64,000 bases of DNA. Source: Laetmonice hystrix. Taxonomy: Eukaryota. Below, in pieces: positions 53,557 through 64,000 of this stretch (within the stretch, counting starts at the first letter, position 1; every line of letters begins with the position of its first letter). Made by a program: the position numbers and the translations under genes. Under the pieces are notes generated by a model. The model made no database searches and was not told the DNA's origin. It worked only from the letters and a program-made list of their open reading frames with translations. Location of the stretch: NCBI GenBank assembly GCA_965235115.1, contig OZ249448.1:13578001-13642000 (forward strand). The letters run 5' to 3'.

Positions 53557-55340
53557 GTCTCCGATCCACGCAGTGATGCAATGTTTCTCTGTAACTTCTC
53601 CCAGTATATAGTCTCCGATCCACGCAGTGATACAATGTTTCTCTGTAACTTCTCCCAGTATATAGTCTCCGATCCACGCAGTGATACAATGTTTCTCTGT
53701 AACTTCTGCCGGTATATAGTCTCCAATCCACGCAGTGATGCAATGTTTCTCTGTAACTTCTCCCAGTATATAGTCTCCGATCCACACAGTGATGCAGTGT
53801 TTCTCTGTAACTTCTGCCAGTATATAGTCTCCGATCCACACAGTGATGCAGTGTTTCTCTGTAACTTCTGCCAGTATATAGTCTCCGATCCACACAGTGA
53901 TGCAGTGTTTCTCTGTAACTTCTCCCAGTATATAGTCTCCGATCCACGCAGTGATACAATGTTTCTCTGTAACTTCTCCCAGTATATAGTCTCCGATCCA
54001 CGCAGTGATACAATGTTTCTCTGTAACTTCTGCCGGTATATAGTCTCCAATCCACGCAGTGATGCAATGTTTCTCTGTAACTTCTCCCAGTATATAGTCT
54101 CCGATCCACACAGTGATGCAGTGTTTCTCTGTAACTTCTGCCAGTATATAGTCTCCGATCCACGCAGTGATACAATGTTTCTCTGTAACTTCTGCCAGTA
54201 TATAGTCTCCGATCCACACAGTGATGCAGTGTTTCTCTGTAACTTCTGCCAGTATATAGTCTCCGATCCACACAGTGATGCAGTGTTTCTCTGTAACTTC
54301 TGCCAGTATATAGTCTCCGATCCACGCAGTGATACAATGTTTCTCTGTAACTTCTGCCGGTATATAGTTTCTGATCCACGCAGCGATGCAATGTTTCTCT
54401 GTAACTTCTCCCAGTATATAGTCTCCGATCCACGCAGCGATGCAATGTTTCTCTGTAACTTCTGCCTGTATATAGTCTCCGATCCACACAGTGATGCAAT
54501 GTTTCTCTGTAACTTCTTCCAGTATATAGTCTTCGATCCACGCAGTGATGCAATGTTTCTCTGTAACTTCTGCCGGTATATAGTCTCCGATCCACGCAGT
54601 GATGCAATGTTTCTCTGTAACTTCTCCCAATATATAGTCTCCGATCCATGCAGTGATACAATGTTTCTCTGTAACTTCTCCCAGTATATAGTCTCCGATC
54701 CACGCAGTGATACAATGTTTCTCTGTAACTTCTGCCGGTATATAGTCTCCGATCCACGCAGTGATGCAATGTTTCTCTGTAACTTCTCCCAGTATATAGT
54801 CTCCGATCCATGCAGTGATACAATGTTTCTCTGTAACTTCTGCCGGTATATAGTCTCCAATCCACACAGTGATACAATGTTTCTCTGTAACTTCTCCCAA
54901 TATATAGTCTCCAATCCACACAGTGATACAATGTTTCTCTGTAACTTCTCCCAATATATAGTCTCCAATCCACACAGTGATACAATGTTTCTCTGTAACT
55001 TCTCCCAATATATAGTCTCCGATCCATGCAGTGATACAATGTTTCTCTGTAACTTTTCCCAGTATATAGTCTCCGATCCACGCAGTGATACAATGTTTCT
55101 CTGTAACTTCTCCCAGTATATAGTCTCCGATCCACGCAGTGATGCAATGTTTCTCTGTAACTTCTCCCAGTATATAGTCTCCGATCCATGCAGTGATACA
55201 ATGTTTCTCTGTAACTTCTGCCGGTATATAGTCTCCAATCCACACAGTGATACAATGTTTCTCTGTAACTTCTCCCAATATATAGTCTCCGATCCACACA
55301 GTGATGCAATGTTTCTCTGTAACTTCTGCCTGTAGTCTCC
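53557..55340. repeat. 54-bp minisatellite, about 33 copies
   Basis: Unit ATGTTTCTCTGTAACTTCTCCCAGTATATAGTCTCCGATCCACGCAGTGATACA. It generates the four 580-635 aa repeat ORFs and ends about 40 nt upstream of the CUX exon 2 acceptor. Confidence 0.98.
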
Positions 55341-55381
55341 TCCAAATCTAATGCTATGTCGGTGTTGATTGTATTTTACAG

Positions 55382-55492
55382 AAAGAACTTGACACGACTG
55401 CCACAGAACTCGCAAACAAACAAGATGAAAGTGATAGCTCCAGAAAACGGCTCGTCGAACAGAGCCGAGAGTTCAAGAAGACCACACCAGAG
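55382..55492 (+). CDS. CUX1: CUX1/CASP coding exon 2 ([37 protein letters not shown])
   Basis: Branch-like CTAAT about 30 nt upstream, acceptor ttttacag|, donor GAG|GTAGGC, 111 nt, phase 0 at both ends. Matches human [37 protein letters not shown] (recalled). Exon 3 (expected DLRKQVAPLLKSFQ-like) was not found before 64000. Confidence 0.95.
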
Positions 55493-55834
55493 GTAGGCAC
55501 ACTCACCTAGCATTGATATGTAAACATTCGTAATACCCCACCCTCATTACTGAGACACCTTTCAGTGTGATCGCTCAAAGATAGAAAACTTTTGTTTGAG
55601 TTCTGAGTTTGCTTTGGGTTTGCCGAAGCAAGAAATAATTCAGAAGCAGTTTCTGTTAGACAGTGAGAAATTCTCATGATTGATTGGAAAAGAAGTTTGC
55701 TAATTCATTTCAATTAATGACTTTCAGTTCATTACTGTTTTGAGATTGTTGGTGTGTTTTTTGTTGGTGTTTCTATTGAACTTAAAGTGGCACCAGAAAT
55801 TCCTGAAATACTTACCTTTGAACCCCAATTTTAA

Positions 55835-55943
55835 CTGGGGTGCCTTTCTCAACCATCGTTATCCTATCGTGCGTTAAAATCCCCATTGAAAATTGGTGTT
55901 ACCGATACGACAAGCTAACGACAGGTTGTGAAACGCAGCCCAG
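55835..55943. mobile_element. Small MITE-like inverted repeat element
   Basis: CTGGGGTGCCTTTCTCAACCATCGTT at the left end versus AACGACAGGTTGTGAAACGCAGCCCAG at the right end (imperfect inverted repeat). Confidence 0.55.
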
Positions 55944-58699
55944 GGGCGAAAGTATTTAAGTTTTTTTTCCAGATGGTTATATTATTGTAACTTGATGTAT
56001 AGCGTATATGTTTCTGTTTTATTTCTTCATCCACCAGTAACACTAATATACTAGTGTACTGGTAACGTCATGGATTACAAATTTATTGGTAATAAACTTG
56101 TTAGTATAATGGCAGAGGTTTGCCAAGACACAGACTGCCCCAGTCATTTTGTCTTTTTGATGACCATAAAGAACATTTACTGAGGAAATGATTATCCAAC
56201 ACATTCTCAGAGGATCCACTTTGAGAAAGGCTTAGCCCCGTTGGTAAATTGTCTCTTTTTAATTTTGGACACAATGTTCAGCGAAAAGATATTCGAGATT
56301 TGGTTTAAGTTGGACAGTTTTATTAACAAAGGTTGAAGGGCTCAGTAAACGTTTAAACACAAAAGGTAGGGAAGGCGTGGCAAACAACAGGTCCGCTTGA
56401 AAGCACACGGAAACCAATGTCGAGGGCGGTCACATTACTACATGTCCTAGAACATGGAATATTACAGACGTTGCCAGGAACATGTTCCAAAAGGGAATTG
56501 CGGTCAGTACTGTCAACAACCTATCGGATGGCAAAAAGATTCCATTAGGAATTTATATGTGTTTGTAGTAATTGGAAATGTCCTGTCAGATGTTTCTGTT
56601 ATCCCGGGAGACATCTAGGGAGGGGGGGCATGGAGTGAAGAAAAACGATCGGTGACTGGTTAGGAGCCAGTTAGGAAGATGGATGACCTTTTGGAAACAA
56701 CTGTGAAACGTGAGTTGGAGAATGTGAGAATACCACCACAGACATGCGCCAGCAAAACGTGATGTCATACACATGGAATCCCACTACAACTACCAATATT
56801 TAAATCATCAATCTCTTCCCATACAGATGGCTTCTTCCCTCACAAATAACTTTTAATAATAGATCAATGATATTAAACTCAATCCAGTTATAGAAAGGTT
56901 ATGAATTGATTTGATTTGAAACTGTTGAGGTTCATCTTTCCAGACTTTATTGCGGGCGTTCCCTCCGTTTATCATTACACCTGTGTCTCGTTTCCTTGTC
57001 TGGTGTTAGTGGTACAATAAGTTTGACAGAAACATGATCGGATGTTATTGTCAGGAAATTAACAGGCGAACTGTGTCTATCGTATTCGACAAAATGATGG
57101 AATCGGATTTCGGTAGTAGACATATTGACAAGTTCTTGTACAGACCAAACGGAAATTGCCTGGAAGTTATGTATGATATTACATTGATTATGGATTGAAA
57201 AATAGGTGAAAAAAAGGTTGCAGTGACCAGGTATTTCTATTTTATCACGTTTCTTAAATGTGGCCTGTACTTTTCTGTTAATGGAAATTAGTACATGTAG
57301 TTGCAAAATAGCGGGAAATACAAACAATAGACAACTCCTGTAAAACTTTCTGCATTTTCCCAATTTTTTATCTAAAAGTTCCGGTGTCTTAATTCCGATC
57401 GGTTCGACTGGTCATGGACCGATGTACAGTAATTAACTCGGCCGTCATCAACTCGCTTATTGAAGTCGTTGGTTTCGTAATGATTCATGGAGATTTACTT
57501 GTTTGCTGAGACTAGCCAATCAGAAGCCTTAAGCGTAAGCTAAAGCAAGATTTTACGTTTTTAGGAGCTGGGCCAAGGTGTGGAACAGTAGCCGGACTCG
57601 TAATAACACGGTCCTTGGCCTTCCCCACCCCCTGCTCCCGCCAGGTCCTAGCGTAATGAGCTTCTATAGAGTTTAAACAAAGTTAACTAAGTTTGGAAAG
57701 TTTGGAGCATTTTTATGAATGTCACATGTTACGGGACGTATAGAATTCAGGGTAAAGAATGGGGTCGCAGGAAACTATTTTGGAAATTATTGTGCATACT
57801 TTATTAATGAGATTGTATTAATTATGCTTCAAATTCATACCTTCAAAGAGTAGATGTTTATGCAGACAGAAAAAGATGACATAGTGCCGTCCATGTTTTC
57901 CCCCTACAAAGTATGGACATGAAAGTGAGAACTTGTTCGATAGTTGGTCTCAGTAGACACAGTGACCAGAAACAGAAAAAATACGACTTTGGGTATGTAG
58001 GGTTTTATTCTGGAAAATTGAAAAAAAATTGCACGGACTAGATTGAAATAGTTGGAGCAACACGTCCACCGTCTGCCACCTTGTCTTAGAGAACTTTGTC
58101 ATGGCGGTTTTAGAAGTCGACACAGGCCGAGTCGCATTGATTTTGAGTGATGCAAACAGCAAGAACTAGTAGCAAGCAAGACCCTAGCAATGAGCATGCA
58201 CTCTGGGGACGACTTGGATAACGGGTTTGGTTGTTCCGGGGAGTATCCCTCTACCCCCCGACCGGGTCGTCGTGCCAGAACCCAAGTATATATGGGTCCA
58301 TTCAGGATGTAATTACCCCAGGTATAAGTTGTTTTAATGTCGTCCTTTGATGGCTGACGGTCAGCCAGTGCCGTGGTATTCAGAACTGCGTGTAGTCATG
58401 TGGGAATGTGTCACTGTGGACCGCTCGCGATACCCTGGAGGAATCCAATAACGAAATCTGATCTCTGGATAATGCTCGCAGTGTATTGAGCCGTAAGACG
58501 AGGCACTAACGTACAATGTACTACGGCTAGCATTTCTCTCAGGCTTAATTGAAAATTATGACCCTAAATGTGGACCTTTTCGCAGAGAACAAAATCCTTT
58601 TGGTCCATCTTTTTGATTTTCTCAAGAAAATAGAACCGGTTTGAAATATATCATTGTTCAGTGAAGGAGACCGTTTGGGGTGGGGGTATGGTACACGGA

Positions 58700-60741
58700 T
58701 GTGGCTGACCAGGTTCTGTGGACCGTCCAGAAGTATCTAAGTTCGCCAGGTACGACCCGGTCGGATCCTGTGGCTGACCAGGTTCTGTGGACCGTCCAGA
58801 AGTATCTAAGTTCGCCAGGTACGACCCGGTCGGATCCTGTGGATGACCAGGTTCTGTAGACCGTCCAGCAGTGACCCGGTCGGATCCTGCGGCTGACCAG
58901 GTTCTGTGGACCGTCCAGCAGTATCTAAGTCCGCCAGGTACGACCCGGTCGGATCCTGTGGCTGACCAAGTTCTGTGGACCGTCCAGCAGTATCTAAGCC
59001 CGCAGGTACGACCCGGTCGGATCCTGTGGCTGACCAGGTTCTGTGGACCGTCCAGCAGTATCTAAGTCCGCCAGGTACGACCCTGTGGCTGACCAGGTTC
59101 TGTGGACCGCCCAGCAGTATCTAAATCCCCCAGGTACGACTCGGTCGGATCCTGTGACTGAGCAGGTTCTGTGGACCGCCCAGCAGTATCTAAGTCTGCC
59201 AGGTACGACCCGGCCGGATTCTCTGGCTGACCAGGTTCTGTGGACCGTCCAGCAGTATCTAAGTCCGCCAGGTACGACCCGGTCGGATCCTGTGGCTGAC
59301 CAGGTTCTGTGGACCGTCCAGCAGTATCTAAATCCCCCAGGTACGACTCGGTCGGATCCTGTGGCTGACCAGGTTCTGTGGACCGTCCAGCAGTATCTAA
59401 GTCCGCCAGGTACGACCCGGTCGGATCCTGTGGATGACCAGGTTCTGTAGACCGTCCAGCAGTGACCCGGTCGGATCCTGTGGCTGACCAGGTTATGTGG
59501 ACCGTCCAGCAGTATCTGAGTTCGCCAGGTACGACCCGGTCGGATCCTGTGGCTGACCAGGTTCTGTGGACCGTCCAGCAGTATCTGAGTTCGCCAGGTA
59601 CGACCCGGTCGGATCCTGTGGCTGACCAGGTTCTGTGGACCGTACAGCAGTATCTAAGTCCGCCAGGTACGACCCTGTGGCTGACCAGGTTCTGTAGACC
59701 GTCCAGCAGTATCTAAGTCCGCCAGGTACGACCCGGTCGGATCCTGTGACTGACCAGGTTCTGTAGACCGTCCAGCAGTATCTAAGTCCGCCAGGTACGA
59801 CCCGGTCGGATCCTGTGGCTGACCAGGTTCTGTGGACCGTCCAGCAGTATCTAAGTCCGCCAGGTCCGACCTGGTCGGACCCTGTGACTGACCAGGTTCT
59901 GTGGACCGTCCAGCAGTATCTAAATCCGTCAGGTACGACCCGGTCGGATCCTGTGGCTGACCAGGTTCTGTAGACCGTCCGGCAGTATCTAAGTCCGCCA
60001 GGTACGACCCTGTGGCTGACCAGGTTCTGTGGACCGTCCAGCAGTATCTAAGTCCGCCAGGTACGACCCTGTGACTAACCAGGTTCTGTAGACCGTCCAG
60101 CAGTATCTAAGTCCGCCAGGTACGACCCGGTCGGATCCTGTGGCTGACCAGGTTCTGTGGACCGTCCAGCAGTATCTAAGTCCGCCAGGTACGACCCGGT
60201 CGGATTCTGTGGCTGACCAGGTTCTGTGGACCGTCCAGCAGTATCTAAGTTCGCCAGGTACGACCCGGTCGGACCCTGTGACTGGCCAGGTTCTGTGGAC
60301 CGTACAGCAGTATCTAAGTCCGCCAGGTACGACCCGGTCGGACCCTGTGGCTGACCAGGTTCTGTGGACCGTCCAGCAGTATCTAAGTCCGCCAGGTACG
60401 ACCCGGTCGGATCCTGTGGCTGACCAGGTTCTGTGGACCGTCCAGCAGTATCTAAGTCCGCCAGGTACAACCCTGTGGCTGACCAGGTTCTGTGGACCGT
60501 CCAGCAGTATCTAAGTCCGCCAGGTACGACCCGGTCGGATCCTGTGGCTGACCAGGTTCTGTGGACCGTCCGGCAGTATCTAAGTCCGCCAGGTACAACC
60601 CTGTGGCTGACCAGGTTCTGTGGACCGTCCAGCAGTATCTAAGTCTGCCAGGTACGACCCGGTCGGATCCTGTGGCTGACTAGGTTCTGTGGACCGTCCA
60701 GCAGTATCTAAGTCCGTCAGGTACGACCCGGTCGGATCCTG
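58700..60741. repeat. 69-bp minisatellite (about 31 units) with 59-bp and 50-bp deletion variants
   Basis: Consensus CGACCCGGTCGGATCCTGTGGCTGACCAGGTTCTGTGGACCGTCCAGCAGTATCTAAGTCCGCCAGGTA. Lies in CUX intron 2. Confidence 0.97.
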
Positions 60742-63696
60742 TTATCCCAGGTGAAGGTACACCCACCTGATCAGCGGTAGGTTGAGGGCCCGTCGATGGC
60801 TCTCATTGACCACCGTGCCCACCCTGATAACGGTCGGTGATGGATGGCGGGATGGAGGGGGGGGGCAGTGATATCGGGGGAAGCGGGAGGGGGAGGGGTC
60901 CTCCATTGATTCTACCTGAGGGCCAGCCCGGATTTCATGCCAGCTCCTACCGGCCCGGACCGCCGTATTGGCGGGCATTAAAGGCAGAGATAGAGTTGCT
61001 CAACTTACCCACCGCCTCGTCCGGTCAATACAGGGCTAATGAGCAAATGCACCACTCGGGCGGTGGCTGTTCACTTGTCATTATGTCAGCTAACGTGACA
61101 TTATTCAGGGCCTTTTTGGTTGCGCCCGGCCGCCCGTCTCGGGTAGGGGGCTGATCACGAACATCGGCGCAGGAAAGTTGACTTGCAAAACTTGTGATAA
61201 GTTTGCCTGTTAGGGAAATAAAAGTGACAAATGAGTGAATGTTTGATGGCAGGCTGGAGCGGGCGTATTATTTGTCTTGTATCGTGGATTACTGTCTAGT
61301 GTAATGAGTGGTGCAGGCAGGCCCGGAACTACTTCATTGTAAGACCTAATGGATCCGACTGTTCGCAATCATCCTATCATCAGACGATCATCAATGTGCT
61401 TTGATTTATGGTGCTTATACAGATAGTGTAATGGCGGCCACCGTATGAAACTTGTATGAGATGGGAACAACCATTAGCAAACACCTAGGGATCTATGCAC
61501 ATCTGATAGGAAGTTTGCAGCCGCGGCCCGAGTATTTTTGCCCAGTGGCCCACCTATGGGAAGTGTGGCTAAATGATGATGAAGAACAGGGTATGGTAAT
61601 ATCGGTGGCCGGCTCAGCCCGCTTGGCTGGCTCTTCGCTGTATTGGCATTTGGTGGTGATAACTCAACGCCGACCCAACTGGCCCTGACCGGCCCGTGTT
61701 TTCATTGTGACTGTGGCGCGACAGTTTGAATTGATTGATTTTACCCAATAGAACAATAGCCACCGGGTCATTATTGTATTAATATGACTTCCAGAAAGGG
61801 ATGTGTATTTTATCCGTTAAAAAATACAAGGCTGCTCCCGATCACAATCAGTAATGACCAGTGCGGCGAGGCATCACACACTCACAGAGGAATAGAAATT
61901 CTCATTAGGACCCGACTATTGCATCGGCATTTGTTTTCATTTACTGTGTGCGCCGCATTTGGAAACAGCAGGGCAAACAATCTTCAAGATGGATGCTTGA
62001 CAGACGGATGAACGTTGAAAGTCAAGTATGCGAATGCCAGGCGATTTGCAATCATTAATTTTTAACGATCGCAGAAAGTCGGGAGTTTTTGGGGGCTAAA
62101 CAGGTTGATAGGGGAGATAGCTGATACTGCAGGGACGAATCAGTCGCTTGCCACAACGGGGGCTCGGCAAAAATGATGGCGGTCCCGCACCAGTGGGGCT
62201 GTCATCAACGGCCCAACAAACGGCAGGCACATCTCAGGGAAGTGCCATGCACCACAGAGCCCCTCCCCTCATTCTGTAAAGAACACAAAAGAAGTTAGAG
62301 TCGCAGTAAGATGTTTGTTCAGAAATCAATTACAAGTCCGTTTTATGCAGTGAAGCGGCATCTCTTCCGTCGACATGTCTTAATCATGACATAGGTGAAT
62401 TATATAACAATCTCTACCACTAAAGTATTTTCTTTTACCCCAACCACAACGGTTGTTTCCTTTAAAAAAATGCCTTTGTCAATAAGGAAAAGCTAAGTGA
62501 GGTATGGGGAAAATTTTTATGTTGTTAGCAAAGCCGGTAATGTTGCACAGAGGAACGGAAGTGTATTTACTTGGCCTGTTGTCTTAGATTTATATGCCCC
62601 ATCATTAGGCCTGATTAATGACCTGCGTCATCGGATTGCAAAGAAAATATTTATACAACAAATAGCAGCAACAGTTATTGTGTGCGAGAATTCTTCAATT
62701 AATAAAGGCTCCTTAGAAGCGTGTCGTCACCAGGTTTGGTAACTTGCGCAAATGATCATCTTACAAAGAAAGAACATCCGTGTTTTTATGCATGGAGAGT
62801 TGGTGAACTGTGTTTGGTGTGGACTATTGGGAAGATGATTTCTATAGGACAATGGCGGCTTGGTCTCAGTTGAACGGTGACTGACTTGTCATGGATTGAT
62901 GTCCATTGACAGTGCGCTGAGATATTACATGTATACCTGAGTGGTTTTTAGGAACATGTCATGATGATAGAAGTTACAATAGGACTTTGTCAAAGGCTCC
63001 CGTTGGTAGAATCAAGGGTAGATCTTGTTGCCGTCCGGACACCCCGTTTTAAGCCACTTTTTCATTTTTTTTATGATGTTTTTTTCCTTCATAGCCCCTG
63101 TTGGAAACCTTTTTAAAGCTGACCCCTTTGTTTTGCAAGCTTTTACTGTTGGACCATCATTTCTCGATTAGTTCTCGAGAGAGAACTAATCTTGACCATG
63201 ACGAGATGCTTATCTTTTTGAAGACTTTGCAGCAAATCTCTATCATATTGTTTGTCATGTTTTTCTTTGTGAATATTTTTTGTATTAGATAACACCTTCG
63301 AGTTATTGTTTTGAGTGGTTACAGTGAGAATGGCCTGTTTATATACAATGTATGTATCGGGTTTATGTATATTTACCTGTACCTGTGATATGGCCGGCTC
63401 AGACATGGGCCTCCCGTTAGCAGAATCAGCAGCAGCGGCAGCAGAAACAGCCCAAGGGACCTTGACCCCATGACCCCGTGACCCCAGCGTCCAGATCGGA
63501 CCGACCTGGTGGAGGCCTTCGTCAGCGTCAGGTGGCGCTGTACGATGACAGCCAGAAACGGTGGCGGACGCCACAATAAGATGTACCAATATGGGAACCC
63601 AGACAAGTGTGAAATAGGGAGGATCTCTCAAATGAAATACTGAACATCAAGGCTGGAACCGCAATGATGGAGCGCCCAGTGACACTAGCTATAATC

Positions 63697-63744
63697 GACT
63701 GGCTGTAACTGACTGGCTGTAATTGACTGGCTGTAACTGACTGG
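63697..63744. repeat. 14-bp tandem repeat (GACTGGCTGTAA(C/T)T) x3 plus a partial copy
   Basis: Directly visible. Confidence 0.85.
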
Positions 63745-64000
63745 ATGGCCGACTAGTTGACCAGCTAACTGCCCGGCCGTGCAGTACTGCCGTCCAAGGA
63801 TAATGTCAACCTGGAAACTGCAGACGTGGCACTGCATTCATATATACATACATGCTGTAAGGCACCGCGACTCATAACCATAAAAAACGGACAGCGCGTC
63901 CCTGACGAAGCCCCAAAGGACGGCGCGGGGATAATGGTGCTAAACATAATGCACTTCATCCTGGCGGTCCGCGGGAGGGGCCCATTTGGGTGATCAATGC

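Noticed and set aside
53780-55305. CACAGTG (RSS heptamer) in many 54-bp units, suggesting RAG/Transib-type signals
   Set aside because: No ACAAAAACC-like nonamer at a 12 or 23 nt spacing, and many units read CGCAGTG instead.
53477-55415. Four 584-635 aa ORFs
   Set aside because: They are by-products of a 54-bp (multiple of 3) tandem repeat that is open on both strands, with no recognisable domain, and lie inside a CUX intron.
58871-60642. Repetitive ORFs (TTRSDPVADQ...)
   Set aside because: The 69-bp array is interrupted by frameshifting 10-bp and 19-bp deletions.
15048-60741. CRISPR interpretation of any tandem array
   Set aside because: Units are contiguous with no unique spacers, there are no cas genes, and the context is spliced eukaryotic genes.

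Overview
Metazoan (probably invertebrate bilaterian) genomic DNA: intron-rich, low in coding sequence, with one 468-N assembly gap (3227-3694). It contains no prokaryotic operons, CRISPR arrays or recognisable rRNA/tRNA genes. Two conserved genes sit head-to-head, with only 265 bp between their start codons. (1) Nucleoporin NUP88 is on the minus strand; coding exons 1-6 were reconstructed by hand (33553 down to 8183, all GT-AG, phases consistent), and the 3' half was not found in the window. (2) A CUX1/CASP-type gene is on the plus strand, with exon 1 (33819-33881) and exon 2 (55382-55492). The large introns hold four minisatellite arrays (18, 40, 54 and 69 bp units) that account for the long repetitive ORFs in the track, several MITE-like elements and about 25 poly-G/C runs. 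The most interesting leads are: the tight NUP88-CUX bidirectional promoter with YY1 and CUT-type motifs; a 54-bp array of 3' splice-site mimics ending 40 nt before CUX exon 2 that could act as an in-frame poison extension; a possible bystander/regulatory-block arrangement; and a MITE carrying inverted telomeric repeats. No wholly new biological system can be established from the sequence alone. Gene identities rest on recalled similarity to human proteins, not on a database search.
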